Below, piece by piece: positions 1 through 10,219 of a stretch of DNA of 64,000 nt (its first letter is position 1; each line of letters begins with the position of its first letter). A program made the translations under genes and the position numbers. Under the pieces are notes generated by a model. That model was not told the DNA's origin and searched no databases. It saw nothing but the letters and a program-made list of their open reading frames with translations. Source of the stretch: Candidatus Binatia bacterium (GTDB lineage Bacteria; Desulfobacterota; Binatia; Bin18); assembly GCA_963664395.2 (NCBI GenBank), contig OY761159.2, positions 4,512,001-4,576,000 on the forward strand, written 5' to 3'.

Positions 1-894
1 AATACTCTTGACCGCGCCATACACCGTCGCCTCAGTCATACTCAGCGGCAGGTTAATAGCACCGCGCGCCTGCGGTCCGGTCCCGGTAAAATCAACGCTC
101 AGGGTTTCGCCTGCTGCGCGCAAAGTCACTTTGAGCGGCAGAGCCACACCGTCGGAGCCAAAGCCGTCATCCTCAAAGGCGTCTTCATGCACATACTCGC
201 CGACAGGAATCTCTTTGATGGCAGCCCGCGTAGCCTTTTCCGCATAGGCAATCAAATAGTCACAGCATGAGTTGAAGGTGTCCAAGCCATATTTTTCGAG
301 CATGGTTTTCAGCTCTTGCTCACCGCGCCAGCAGCCCGCGATTTTTGCCTCTACATCTCCCAGCCATTCGTCGGACACCCGGACGTTGGCCAGAATCGTC
401 TCCAGGAGGGCGTCGTTGCGTTCACCAGCGTTATACAGCTTGAGGAGCGGCAGACGGAGACCCTCTTCAAAGGTCTCCGTACACTGGCTGCTGAATCCAC
501 CGGGGAAGCGTCCGCCAATGTCGGTGTGGTGCGAGTAGGCCAAGGTAAAAGCGACATGCTGCCCCTTCCAGAACGTGGGCGCAATAATCATCACATCCGG
601 CATGTGGGTGACACCGGCATACGGATCATTCACCACAATGACATCACCGGGCTTGAACGTTCCAGCGTACTTTTTGAGGACGTACGACATGACGGCGATA
701 AAGAACGCCAGTTGAAACGGGGCGGCATAGCCCTGACCGATGACCCGTCCTTGGCCATCACACAGAGCGGTGGCAAAGTCTCCCGTTTTGACCATGGCCG
801 AGCGGCCGGTTTTCCAGACCGCAATCGCCATTTCTTCGGTAATGGCGGCCAGCTCGTTTTTCACGACTTCAACCAGAATAGGATCAAATGCCAT
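1..894 (-). CDS. hyuB: Hydantoinase B/oxoprolinase family protein (runs off the window start; C-terminus missing)
   Basis: Not in the ORF track because it has no stop in the window. Manual translation from ATG at 894 (GGAGGAG upstream): MAFDPILVEVVKNELAAITEEM...GDFATAL...GDVIVVNDPYAG.THMPD...HHTDIGGRFPGG...EEGLRLP; paralogous to 955..2700. Confidence 0.9.
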   Translation of the reverse strand, partial: MAFDPILVEVVKNELAAITEEMAIAVWKTGRSAMVKTGDFATALCDGQGRVIGQGYAAPFQLAFFIAVMSYVLKKYAGTFKPGDVIVVNDPYAGVTHMPDVMIIAPTFWKGQHVAFTLAYSHHTDIGGRFPGGFSSQCTETFEEGLRLPLLKLYNAGERNDALLETILANVRVSDEWLGDVEAKIAGCWRGEQELKTMLEKYGLDTFNSCCDYLIAYAEKATRAAIKEIPVGEYVHEDAFEDDGFGSDGVALPLKVTLRAAGETLSVDFTGTGPQARGAINLPLSMTEATVYGAVKSI

Positions 895-954
895 AGCTCT
901 CCTCCCGGTCCACGCGCCGGCAACGGACAGGACGCGGGCCCTCGCATTCAGCCG

Positions 955-2700
955 TCATCCTCCCAGGTCAGACTGCAATGTCGCGCGAAGTTGCGCCGTC
1001 CGGTTCCAGTCAACCTGCTCCGTGCGCTCGTCAATAGCGACCCCGTATTCCCGCTCGGCGTATGCGGGCGAGATTTTCTCGTCCAACACGTCGTCCAGGA
1101 CGCGCTGGGGGTCACGCGCGAGCGGGTCGCCATAGCCGCCTGCACCCGGTTGGATATGCAGCAGGGTTTCTCCGGACCGCACTTCAGTGTCGATGAGCAT
1201 TTCTCGTGGAAGCTGGGTTTCTTCTTCGCCGGAACGCAGCCTGGCATCAAACGGGGTGCCGTCTTTTCCGCCGGCAAGTCCATAGGGAACGGATTTCACT
1301 CGACAGGTTCGGAGCATCACCCGGCCTTCGCCCAGAAAGCGCCATTTACGATACACGGACAGGGCGCCGCGATATTGTCCCGCACCACCGGTGTCCGGCA
1401 AAAAGCCGAAGCCCTCCAGCATGACCGGACATTCCCGCTCAATCATTTCGGCTGGAATGCTGCGCATGGCACCGCCGGCAGCCATAGGGGTGACGCCTTC
1501 CACACCATCGCTATCGGGCCGCGCGCCCCAGCCCGAGGTGTAAATATCCAGCAGCATGGACGGTACGCCCTCGTCAACCTTGGGCGTATACACCAGCAGG
1601 TTCGCCCCGCCCTCGCCGGCGGCGTAGACTTTGTCAGGAATGGCCTGGGCCAGGGCGGCAAACACCATGTCGATAATACGCCACATCAGCATACCGCGCG
1701 CACCGACTGCGCCGGGAAATTTGGGATTGACCACACAGCCCTCGGGAGCAGTCACCTGAATGGGTGCCATGAGCCCCGAGTTTGCCGGCGCATCCGTCTC
1801 AAGAATAGATCGAAAGGCCACGTACACACAGGCGCGGGTGAGATTAAAGGGGACGTTAATCGCGCTACGGACCTGCGCGCCGGTTCCGTCGAAGTCAACC
1901 CGGACGGACTCACCGGCGACAGTCACCACGAGGCGCAAGTTGACCCCTTCCCCGCCCAGACCGTCATCTTCAAACAGATCAGTATACGCATACGACCCAT
2001 CCGGGATGGCAGCGATGCACGCTCGCATGGCCCGTTCACTGTATTGGTGTAACTGTTTGTTACAGGCTTCAAACTGTTCCAGCCCATGTCGCTCAAGCAG
2101 GTCGCGTACCCCCTGGGCACCGCGTCGACAGGCCGCGGCCTGGGCATCCAGGTCGCCGCGCACATCCTCAGGCGCGCGGACATTGGCGGCAATCATATCA
2201 ACCAAATCCTGATTCAGCTCGCCTTGACTGAAGAGCTTGACCCCCGGAATACACACCCCTTCTTCATAGACTTCGGCACAGGCGATCCCCATGCCGCCGG
2301 GGAAGCGCCCGCCGATATCGGTATGGTGTTCCACGATGGCAGCAAAGCCGACCAGTTGTTCCTGCCAGAAAATGGGCATGACCAGAACGATGTCCGGGAA
2401 GTGGGACACCCCGCCGTAGGGATCATTTGAGACAATCACATCGCCAGGGTGGAGGTCGTCGCCAAATTTCTTCAGCACCCACGGCATGACACCCATGATA
2501 TAGCCCAGATGGACGCCGATGGTCAGACCCTGGGCGATCAACATGCCCTGGGCATCGACCAACGCGGTGGAAAAATCAGAGCCTTCCTTGGCCCCCAGCG
2601 AGCGCGCCGTCCGCTTCATGGTAATGCCCATTTCTTCGGCAACCGCGATCAGCTCGTTTTTCATGACTTCGATGAGGATAGGGTCAAATTCGCCGGCCAT
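955..2700 (-). CDS. hyuB: Hydantoinase B/oxoprolinase family protein
   Basis: Motifs NDPYGGVSHFPD, HHTDIGG, EEG, GGAGQYRG, PGAGGYGDP; start trimmed to MAGEFDP (ATG 2700, GAGG upstream). Confidence 0.92.
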   Translation of the reverse strand: MAGEFDPILIEVMKNELIAVAEEMGITMKRTARSLGAKEGSDFSTALVDAQGMLIAQGLTIGVHLGYIMGVMPWVLKKFGDDLHPGDVIVSNDPYGGVSHFPDIVLVMPIFWQEQLVGFAAIVEHHTDIGGRFPGGMGIACAEVYEEGVCIPGVKLFSQGELNQDLVDMIAANVRAPEDVRGDLDAQAAACRRGAQGVRDLLERHGLEQFEACNKQLHQYSERAMRACIAAIPDGSYAYTDLFEDDGLGGEGVNLRLVVTVAGESVRVDFDGTGAQVRSAINVPFNLTRACVYVAFRSILETDAPANSGLMAPIQVTAPEGCVVNPKFPGAVGARGMLMWRIIDMVFAALAQAIPDKVYAAGEGGANLLVYTPKVDEGVPSMLLDIYTSGWGARPDSDGVEGVTPMAAGGAMRSIPAEMIERECPVMLEGFGFLPDTGGAGQYRGALSVYRKWRFLGEGRVMLRTCRVKSVPYGLAGGKDGTPFDARLRSGEEETQLPREMLIDTEVRSGETLLHIQPGAGGYGDPLARDPQRVLDDVLDEKISPAYAEREYGVAIDERTEQVDWNRTAQLRATLQSDLGG

Positions 2701-2714
2701 GCGCTTTTCCTCGT

Positions 2715-4829
2715 TTAGGCGTTTTTCGCTAAAACAATATTCCCATACTCGTCGACACTCGCCTGCCACTGCGGAGGAACAACAATCGTGGTGTCAAACT
2801 CTTCGACAATCAGAGGACCGACGACGGCATGTTCGACCAAGTCACCGCGGCTCAGAATCCGGGTATCGAGCTCACCTTGTTGCGGACCGAAATAGGCGCG
2901 TCGGGAGTCTGGCTGCGCGGTCTTTTCTGCCGATTGGCTGAAAGACACGCCCAATTCGCTGAAGGACAGGCTTTGTGTCCGGACGGTTGCTTTCAGGCGG
3001 ACGCTGACGATGGCAATAGTATCGTCTTCGCGTCGATATCCATACGTTTGTTCATGCGCAGCATGAAAGCTTTCGGCCAAAACCTGCCGGATGTCGGCTG
3101 CCTCAACACGAGCCGGGACCGGCAGGGTCAGTTCGGATGACTGGCGCTTATAGCGCAAGTCGATCAGGCGTTCATAGGTGATACTCCCCTGACCATCCTG
3201 TTCATCCTGAGAATCCTGATTATCCTGAGAATCCTGATTCGCGTGCGACACCAGGGCCTCAAATTCCTTGAGTAAGGCCGCAGGATTAATGGCATCCAAT
3301 TCCTGTGGAACGCTTTGCACATAGTCATAGCGTATGTCTGCCAACAATAGGCCCAGCGCGCTGAACAGTCCGGGAAAGAGCGGAATATACACCCGCGGCA
3401 TACCCAGATTGTCGGCCAGCGTGGTGGCATGTAGCGGTCCTGACCCCCCAAATGCAATGAGCGTAAACTCGCGTGGATCACGCCCCCGCTCTGTCGTGAC
3501 GGCGCGTATGGCTCGCGTCATGGTCGCGTCGGCCACCTGATGAATCCCGAAGGCCACGTCTTGGACCGACAAATGGAGGCGTGCGCACAGCCGCGTCTCT
3601 ATTGCGGTACGCGCCGCGGCGGCATCAATGGGGACGGTCCCCCCGGCAATTTTGCCCGGGTTCATATACCCCAGAGCCACGTTGGCATCGGTAATGGTCG
3701 GCTCGGTTCCGCCCCGGCCATAGCAGGCAGGTCCGGGGACCGCACTCGCACTCCGAGGACCGACGCGCAACGCGCCCCCGTCGTCTACCCAGGCCAGGCT
3801 TCCCCCGCCCGCGCCGACCTCGACAATATCGTACGCGGGAACGCGCAGCGCATAGCCAGCGCCCTGACTCAGTCGCCCGGCTCGATTGATTCCTGCCCCA
3901 ACCTCACCTTCGGCGGTTTCAACAGCTTGCCCATCTTCTATGAGACACGCTTTGACCGTTGTTCCGCCCATATCAAACGCAACGGCCTGAGAAAGACCGA
4001 TTTCCCGAGCTAAGCCTGCGGCGGCCAATGCGCCGGCCGCAGGACCGGATTCAATCATATGCACGGGGCGGCGGCGGGCATGCGCTGCGGTCATGACCCC
4101 ACCGTTGGATTGCATGATTTGCAGCGTTGGGGGGTATGCCTGTAGTTGCGTTTCCACTTGGTCCAGATAACGATTGACCACGGGCATGAGGTAGGCGTTC
4201 AACGCCGTGGTGGAGGTTCGTTCGTACTCTCGGACTTCGGGGAGGACTTCGGCTGAGGAGCAGACCATGACTTCCGGGAACACCTCACGGATGAGAGCCA
4301 CGGCCCGTTGTTCATGGCTGGGATTGACGTAAGAGTGCAGAAACGCCACGGCAATGGCTTCAACGCCCTGGCGTTTGAGGGTGTGAATAGCCTGGCGTAC
4401 CTCTTCTTCATTGAGCGGAGTTTCCACCTCGCCCTGAACGGTCATGCGTTCGGTGACTTCAATCCGGCGACGGCGCGGTATCAAGGGCGGCGTGCGCTGC
4501 CAAAAAACGTTGTATACGCCGGGTCGCCCAAGGCGTCGAATTTCCAGTTCATCTCGAAAGCCTTTGGTTGTAATCAGCCCGGTCTCCGCCCCTTGTTCTT
4601 CCAAGACCGCGTTGGAGGCTATGGTTGTGCCGTGGACGAGGCTCGTAATAGCGCTCTCCGGGTGCCGGCTTTCGGCATCGGCAATACAGCGCCCAACGTC
4701 TGCTCCAACAGAATCGGGCAGGGTCAAAATTTTATAGGTCAGGAGCTGGCCGTCAGCTCCGGCTATGACAACATCGGTGAAGGTTCCGCCAATGTCAAAG
4801 GCAACACGAAGACTGGCAGGAGTAGGCAT
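2715..4829 (-). CDS. hyuA: Hydantoinase A/oxoprolinase family ATP-binding subunit
   Basis: DIGGTFTD, HGTT..SNA, ESGPAAG, DMGGTT, GAGGGS, PGPACYGRGG, FGGSGPLH. Confidence 0.93.
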   Translation of the reverse strand: MPTPASLRVAFDIGGTFTDVVIAGADGQLLTYKILTLPDSVGADVGRCIADAESRHPESAITSLVHGTTIASNAVLEEQGAETGLITTKGFRDELEIRRLGRPGVYNVFWQRTPPLIPRRRRIEVTERMTVQGEVETPLNEEEVRQAIHTLKRQGVEAIAVAFLHSYVNPSHEQRAVALIREVFPEVMVCSSAEVLPEVREYERTSTTALNAYLMPVVNRYLDQVETQLQAYPPTLQIMQSNGGVMTAAHARRRPVHMIESGPAAGALAAAGLAREIGLSQAVAFDMGGTTVKACLIEDGQAVETAEGEVGAGINRAGRLSQGAGYALRVPAYDIVEVGAGGGSLAWVDDGGALRVGPRSASAVPGPACYGRGGTEPTITDANVALGYMNPGKIAGGTVPIDAAAARTAIETRLCARLHLSVQDVAFGIHQVADATMTRAIRAVTTERGRDPREFTLIAFGGSGPLHATTLADNLGMPRVYIPLFPGLFSALGLLLADIRYDYVQSVPQELDAINPAALLKEFEALVSHANQDSQDNQDSQDEQDGQGSITYERLIDLRYKRQSSELTLPVPARVEAADIRQVLAESFHAAHEQTYGYRREDDTIAIVSVRLKATVRTQSLSFSELGVSFSQSAEKTAQPDSRRAYFGPQQGELDTRILSRGDLVEHAVVGPLIVEEFDTTIVVPPQWQASVDEYGNIVLAKNA
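3195..3239. repeat. In-frame 9-bp tandem repeat (ATCCTGnnn x5) encoding an NQDSQDNQDSQDEQD insert in HyuA
   Basis: atcctgttc atcctgaga atcctgatt atcctgaga atcctgatt read directly. Confidence 0.85.
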
Positions 4830-4882
4830 ATGTGCAAGGCTGAGAGTAAAAAGCGAAATCGGTTCCCTTTTACCGTATTGCC

Positions 4883-5284
4883 TTACGCCTCGACCATGGC
4901 GATAGCCTCAATCTCAATGAGCAGGTCCTCAAACGCCAACGCCTGGACGCCGATAAGCGTGCTGGCCGGCGCCTTTTCTTGAGGCAGATACTGGCTACGG
5001 ACCTCGCGGATCACACCGATCACGTCCGGTGTGTAATCCACAATATACGTATTGCTCTTCAGCACGTCATCAAACGTGGCCCCGACCGCGGCCAGCGCTT
5101 GTTTGAGGTTTTCAAACGTTTGGACGGCCTGGGCTCGCAAATCGCCCTTGCCCACCAACTCATTATCGGCATTAAAGGAAACTTGGCCTGAGATAAAAAC
5201 AATTTTCCCCTCGGTCGCGGTCACAACCTGAGAGAAGCCCGGCAAAACGGGCATACCCGCTGGATTCAGAAATTCCTTTTCCAT
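4883..5284 (-). CDS. RidA/YjgF/UK114 family protein
   Basis: GFSQVV...VFISGQV...QTFENLKQAL..G...DDV.K...PASTLIGVQALA...LIEIEAIA. Confidence 0.9.
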   Translation of the reverse strand: MEKEFLNPAGMPVLPGFSQVVTATEGKIVFISGQVSFNADNELVGKGDLRAQAVQTFENLKQALAAVGATFDDVLKSNTYIVDYTPDVIGVIREVRSQYLPQEKAPASTLIGVQALAFEDLLIEIEAIAMVEA

Positions 5285-5318
5285 ACTTTTCTCCTATTCC
5301 TCTCTTTCCCTGCGAACC

Positions 5319-5387
5319 GGGCAACCACAGGGGGTTGCCCCTACATTTTGCTCCCTCTCCCCTTGAGGGAGAGGGCTGGGGTGAGGG
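5319..5387. repeat. Composite REP-like element: GTAG-type palindrome plus a CCCTCACCC...GGGAGAGGG palindrome
   Basis: gggcaaccacagggggttgcccctac followed by ctccctctccccttgagggagagggctggggtgaggg; the same families recur elsewhere in the window. Confidence 0.75.
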
Positions 5388-5413
5388 TCTTTTCCTCATA
5401 GGGTCTTTCTGCG

Positions 5414-6499
5414 TCAGGGCCGTACTTCATAATAGGCGTTGAACGGATTGTCAAAGTCGTGACGGGTAAAGCGGGTGAACCCGGCGTCACGCGTCATGCT
5501 CTGCGCGACCTGTTCATTAAAGCCCAAGGTGCCAAGGCCGGCGCCGCCCGGCTCGGATAAGGCCGAGGACATACAACCCATAACCGAGAAGGCATACATC
5601 AGACCAGTCATGGGCCTCTTCAGATTCTCTTCAAACGTCGGGGCGCTCTTGATATCGGCGATCAGCCAGGTTCCGTCCGGCCTGAGCGCCGACCGAATGG
5701 CCCGAATGGCTTCTGCCGGATGGGTCATATCGTGAATGCAGTCAAAGGTGGTGATGAAGTCAAAACTCGCATCAGCCGGCAACCCATCCTGGGCCGCATG
5801 GTGAAACCGGAGGTTGGTCAGTCCGGCCTCAGCTTTGTTCGCGTTGGCGCGAGCCAGCGCGTGCGCCGAGATGTCATAGCCGTGAAAGTCTGCCTGCGGG
5901 AAGGCCGCGGCCATTTGAATCAGCGCAATCCCGGCGCCGCAGCCCACGTCCGCCACCTTTGCACCGGCTTGCAGCCTGGACTCGACACCGTCCAATGCAG
6001 GCAGGACGAGGGGAATCAGCGCATGCCGGTACCAGGGCGCAAACACGCGCTCGATGCCGCGGGCGCCCTCCGGCCCACGCGCGTCGTAGGGCAAGCCCAG
6101 GCCGGTGCGAAAGGCTTCGGGCAGTTTTTCCAATATGGCCATGCGTTGCGGCAAATCGCTGAAAATACCCGCCGCAAACTTAGGGCTGTCTTCATCCGCA
6201 AGAATCATGGCCATTTCCGGCGAGAGTGCAAAACGTTCCTCACCCACATACTCAAGCAACTGTGCCGCGGCCTGACCTCGCAGCCACTCCCGCACCCAGC
6301 GTTCGCTCAAGCCCGTTTTGTTGGCAAGCTCAGCACTTGTTACAGGCCCGGCACCGGTCAGCGCCCGGTACAGCCCGAGCCGATCTCCCAAGTGTATCAT
6401 CGCCGAGAGCAACGCGCCGCTCAGCAGGCCAAAGACCTTTTGACCACTGGCCTTGAGTTTTTCCGGGTCTATGGACGTATCAGACTGCTGTGTTGACAT
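5414..6499 (-). CDS. Class I SAM-dependent methyltransferase with N-terminal winged-helix (Rv2258c-like)
   Basis: VADVGCGAG motif I, FDFITTFDCIHDM, N-terminal LGLY...ELA..TGL.ERWVREWL. Confidence 0.88.
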   Translation of the reverse strand: MSTQQSDTSIDPEKLKASGQKVFGLLSGALLSAMIHLGDRLGLYRALTGAGPVTSAELANKTGLSERWVREWLRGQAAAQLLEYVGEERFALSPEMAMILADEDSPKFAAGIFSDLPQRMAILEKLPEAFRTGLGLPYDARGPEGARGIERVFAPWYRHALIPLVLPALDGVESRLQAGAKVADVGCGAGIALIQMAAAFPQADFHGYDISAHALARANANKAEAGLTNLRFHHAAQDGLPADASFDFITTFDCIHDMTHPAEAIRAIRSALRPDGTWLIADIKSAPTFEENLKRPMTGLMYAFSVMGCMSSALSEPGGAGLGTLGFNEQVAQSMTRDAGFTRFTRHDFDNPFNAYYEVRP

Positions 6500-6524
6500 A
6501 TCCTCAGATTCTCCAGCTTGATAC

Positions 6525-6563
6525 CTCCCTCTCCCTTTGAGGGAGAGGGTCAGGGTGAGGGGC
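6525..6563. repeat. REP-like palindrome (CCCTCACCC/GGGAGAGGG family)
   Basis: ctccctctccctttgagggagagggtcagggtgagggg; near-identical to 5351..5387. Confidence 0.75.
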
Positions 6564-6573
6564 GCTCAAATAC

Positions 6574-7020
6574 CTACATTCCACTAATCAGTTCGAGAAT
6601 GGTTCCGTCCGGGTCTTTGAAGCAGACGACGCCTATCTCTGCGCCGCCCGGTCCTTTAATTTTTTTGAGCGGAGCCACAAACTGAACCTCCATCTTTTGA
6701 AGGTCAGCATAGGTCTGGTCGATATCGTCCACAGTGAAGGCGATACGGCAAATACCGATATTATTGAGAGACGGGTATGGCTGGCCTTGTGGGGGCGGAT
6801 CAATAAACTGGACCAGGTCAAGCACCGGAGCGTTCTCATCGTCTCCCAAACGCATAAATACGCCGCGCAGCTTCCGCGCGTCGAGTCCAAGCGCTTCGCC
6901 GACCGTCGGGTCCTCAAGTGTAAAATCGTTTACCTTGTTAAAGCCGATCTTTTCGTAAAACCCGATGGAGCGTTCCATATCGCGGACGCAGACATTAACG
7001 TGAAAAAGCTTTTCTAACAT
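6574..7020 (-). CDS. VOC/glyoxalase family protein
   Basis: HVNVCVRDMERSIGFYE.IGF; IAFTVDDID; FKDPDGTILELI. Confidence 0.9.
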   Translation of the reverse strand: MLEKLFHVNVCVRDMERSIGFYEKIGFNKVNDFTLEDPTVGEALGLDARKLRGVFMRLGDDENAPVLDLVQFIDPPPQGQPYPSLNNIGICRIAFTVDDIDQTYADLQKMEVQFVAPLKKIKGPGGAEIGVVCFKDPDGTILELISGM

Positions 7021-7044
7021 TGGGGCTCCCTCCTGTGCAAAAAG

Positions 7045-7072
7045 GTAGGGGCAGTTGGTGAACCGCCCCTAC
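7045..7072. repeat. GTAG-type REP-like palindrome
   Basis: GTAGGGGCagttggtgaaccGCCCCTAC. Confidence 0.7.
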
Positions 7073-7128
7073 TGTTATCACGCAGTTATCATGAAATATC
7101 CGTTTTCTATTCCATCACTCGCGTACTG

Positions 7129-8811
7129 CTACGCTTGACCCGAACGTAACACCTGACCCGGCATGGCACCCGTATGTTTCCCATCGTCGAACAGCACTTC
7201 TCCATTCACGATTGTGTACTGGACGCCTCGGGCCGGCATGACTAAGCGCCGACCGCCCCCAGGCAAGTCGTTTCGCATTTCACCGCGGCGGGCAGAGCCA
7301 ACTGTGTTGTAGTCAAAAATCGCAAAGTCAGCCGCCATTCCTTTTTCGATCTTGCCCCGTGTGGTCATACCATAGAACGCGGCCGGCTCTGAGGTAATCC
7401 GCCTCACCGCATGCTCAAGCGTCAGGGCTTGCCTCTCCCGCACCCAGGTGCCAAGCAGATAGGTGCAGTAGCCGGCGTCACACAGCATGTCCACGTGGGC
7501 TCCACCGTCTGACAAGCCGACCATGACCTGATCGTGCGTAATCAGCTCGGGAATGCGATCTTCATCGGCGTTGAACAGCTCATAGGTGTACTCGAGTTGC
7601 AAGTCATCTTCGATGCACAGGTCCAAAAAGGTATCGAGCCCGTCTTTGCCGCGCTCTTTGGCAATCTCGGCCACGCTCTTGCCCATCAGGGATTGCATGG
7701 CGGGATTACCGACCTCATGGACGATGGCGCGTTCCCATTTGCCCGAGAATACCTTGGGCGACTCCATCTCTTTGCGGAATGCCGCCCGAAAGGATTCATC
7801 CCTGTAGAATTCCTTCTGCTTCTCAATCGGCTGGTCAAAGGCCGGCTTCCAACAGGGCAGATTGGCAAAGATGAAGGGTTTGCGCAGGTCGATCTGAATA
7901 ATCAGCGGACGGCAGGTCACCTGTGGAACCGCGCCCTTCTCGAACAGTGGCTCAATCGTGCGCAGGGTATTCATGGCCGCCTCCGGTTGATCGTCCCGAT
8001 TCAGCAACGCCAGCCACGTGACCTGACGGCCGCTTTCGGTCAGGAGCAGATCCAATAACGCATGCTCTGCCTCGTCAACAATAGAGACACTATTGGTCAG
8101 GGCGAGTTCGATACTGCCCTTGCCGAGTTCTTTAAGCGCGTTGCAGTAGGCCTTGAGTTCGTCCCGACTGGCGTTGCGGCAAGCAATCGGACGGCCCTTA
8201 TAGCCGATGTGCTGGGCGACATTCGTGGTCGAAAAGCCAAAGGCGCCGGCAGCCACCGCCTCTTTAATAAGGGCCTTGATCTGCACGATTTCCGCTTGTG
8301 TTGCGCCCCGCTCCATCGACTCCTCACCCATCACAAAATGGCGAAATGGGGTCAACGCAGCCATGAAACCGATATTGATTCCGCTCCCACGTCTTTCCGC
8401 AGCATCCATATATTCCGGGAAGGTTTCCCAATCCCAGGTCACGCCCTTGCCAAGTACCTCAATCGGGATAGCTTCAACGTTGACCAAATCCCAGGCAGCA
8501 ATTTCATGCACGTCGGGTTTGCACGGCGCCAACCCGACACCGCAATTGCCCATCACCAGACTCGTGACGCCATGCCAGGAAGAGGACGTAATAAGCGGGT
8601 CCCAACAAATCTGGGCGTCATAGTGCGTATGCGGGTCAACAAAGCCAGGCGCAACAATCAGGTCCGAGGCATCCACGACCTGCTTGGCTCCATCAGAGAC
8701 TTTACCAATTTCGGCAATTTTTCCGTTGGCTACCGCAATGTCGGCCCGGTAGCGTTCTGCGCCGGTCCCATCCACAACGGTTCCGTTTTTGATAACCAGA
8801 TCGTATGACAT
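7129..8811 (-). CDS. N-acyl-D-amino-acid deacylase family amidohydrolase
   Basis: GTVVDGTG, PGFVDPHTHYD, HGVTSLVMGNCGVG, SDGGAH. Confidence 0.9.
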   Translation of the reverse strand: MSYDLVIKNGTVVDGTGAERYRADIAVANGKIAEIGKVSDGAKQVVDASDLIVAPGFVDPHTHYDAQICWDPLITSSSWHGVTSLVMGNCGVGLAPCKPDVHEIAAWDLVNVEAIPIEVLGKGVTWDWETFPEYMDAAERRGSGINIGFMAALTPFRHFVMGEESMERGATQAEIVQIKALIKEAVAAGAFGFSTTNVAQHIGYKGRPIACRNASRDELKAYCNALKELGKGSIELALTNSVSIVDEAEHALLDLLLTESGRQVTWLALLNRDDQPEAAMNTLRTIEPLFEKGAVPQVTCRPLIIQIDLRKPFIFANLPCWKPAFDQPIEKQKEFYRDESFRAAFRKEMESPKVFSGKWERAIVHEVGNPAMQSLMGKSVAEIAKERGKDGLDTFLDLCIEDDLQLEYTYELFNADEDRIPELITHDQVMVGLSDGGAHVDMLCDAGYCTYLLGTWVRERQALTLEHAVRRITSEPAAFYGMTTRGKIEKGMAADFAIFDYNTVGSARRGEMRNDLPGGGRRLVMPARGVQYTIVNGEVLFDDGKHTGAMPGQVLRSGQA

Positions 8812-8863
8812 GACACCCTCCTCTAGTTCTGGGGGTTAGGTTTTAATCCCCAATCCCTCATTA

Positions 8864-10180
8864 TTAAATAATTCCCTTTTCCTGAAACGCGTCCATTTCT
8901 GCTTGGCTCAGACCGAGCAATTCTTTGTACACATAATCGTTATCTTCAGCATAGCACGGAGCAGCCCGTTCGGTTGGACCGCCCTGACTCACTCTCCCGT
9001 TGGTAAAATGAAACGGAATATCCTTGATCGGCCAGGTTCCAATCTCGGTGTGATTCAGTGGAATAAGCCAGTTCAAGTGCTTGAGCTGCGGGTCACGTTC
9101 AATACGATCTTGCGCGGTCTGACACACGCCGGCAGGAACGCCAGCGGCCTGTAAACGCTCTTGCAGGCCAAAGGGCTCCTGCTCCTTTGTCCATGCGCTC
9201 ACCAGACGGTCCAATTCGTCCTGATGTTTCACCCGTTCGGCCAGCGAGGCAAACTGCGTCTGTCCTGCCCAGTCGGGATTGCCCATTTCCTGTACCAATG
9301 CTCGCCACTCTTCTTCTGAGGTCGCGGCTATGGCAATCCAACGGTCATTCTCGGCGTCTTGCTCAGCGCTGGCGCAGGGATAGGCTCCGTGCGGAGCTGC
9401 GGGTTTATAGGGCGAACGATTGCCCGTGCGTTGATAGCGGCGGCCATTGACCGCATGATCCAGAACCGCGGTTCCGGTCATGCCAATGCCGGGCTCCACC
9501 TGCGAGCAATCAAGATACTGGCCCCGACCCGTCCGTTTTTTGTAGTACAGGGCCATAAGAATGGTCATGGCACAATAGTACGCGCCACTCCAATCCATAT
9601 ACGAAAAGCCCCAGCCGGCAGGGGGATGCGGCGGCGGTAAACCGGACTGTTCAGTCAACCCACTCACAGCTTGGGCAATCGGTCCATAGGAGGCGTATTT
9701 CACGTAGGGACCTGTGTAGCCCCAACCGGGTTGCTGCATATAAATAATATCCGGCTTGATGGCTTTGAGGGTGTCATAGCCGAGCCCCCATTTTTGCATG
9801 GTCTCGGCCGTAAAGGCCTCAACCACCACGTCACTGACCGCAACCAGCTTTTTGAACAGCTCGCGGCCTTGGGGCGCTTTCATATTCAGACTGACCCCAT
9901 ATTTGCCGGCATTGATATCATTGAAGTAGCCACCGCGATTGACGCTTTTGACTTTACCTGTATCCAAGCCGGTTAAGTCCATGGCGACGGCCTTTTCCGC
10001 CTGTTCTTCTTTCTGTGTGGCAAACGGCGGCATATAGCGCAGAAAATCCAGCCGGTCGCGCCATTCAATACGAATGACTTCAGCCCCAAGACTGGCTAAC
10101 AACCGCGGTCCGCCAGCCCCGGCCAGCAGCCAGGTCAGGTCTGCAATCCGAACGCCTTCAAGTGGTCTCACTTTTTTCAT
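8864..10180 (-). CDS. Class III CoA-transferase (CaiB/BaiF family), probable catalytic subunit
   Basis: PLEGVRIADLT, LASLGAEVIRIE, N.GK..VSLN, SYMDWSGA retaining the family's catalytic Asp position. Confidence 0.9.
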   Translation of the reverse strand: MKKVRPLEGVRIADLTWLLAGAGGPRLLASLGAEVIRIEWRDRLDFLRYMPPFATQKEEQAEKAVAMDLTGLDTGKVKSVNRGGYFNDINAGKYGVSLNMKAPQGRELFKKLVAVSDVVVEAFTAETMQKWGLGYDTLKAIKPDIIYMQQPGWGYTGPYVKYASYGPIAQAVSGLTEQSGLPPPHPPAGWGFSYMDWSGAYYCAMTILMALYYKKRTGRGQYLDCSQVEPGIGMTGTAVLDHAVNGRRYQRTGNRSPYKPAAPHGAYPCASAEQDAENDRWIAIAATSEEEWRALVQEMGNPDWAGQTQFASLAERVKHQDELDRLVSAWTKEQEPFGLQERLQAAGVPAGVCQTAQDRIERDPQLKHLNWLIPLNHTEIGTWPIKDIPFHFTNGRVSQGGPTERAAPCYAEDNDYVYKELLGLSQAEMDAFQEKGII

Positions 10181-10189
10181 GGTGATTGC

Positions 10190-10214
10190 GTAGGGGCGTA
10201 GCCTGCTGCGCCCT
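10190..10214. repeat. GTAG-type REP-like palindrome
   Basis: GTAGGGGCGtagcctgctgCGCCCT between the two CoA-transferase genes. Confidence 0.6.
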
Positions 10215-10219
10215 TGTGT

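Noticed and set aside
316-2052. 578-aa plus-strand ORF
   Set aside because: Antisense shadow of two hyuB genes with no recognisable motifs; typical of GC-rich codon bias.
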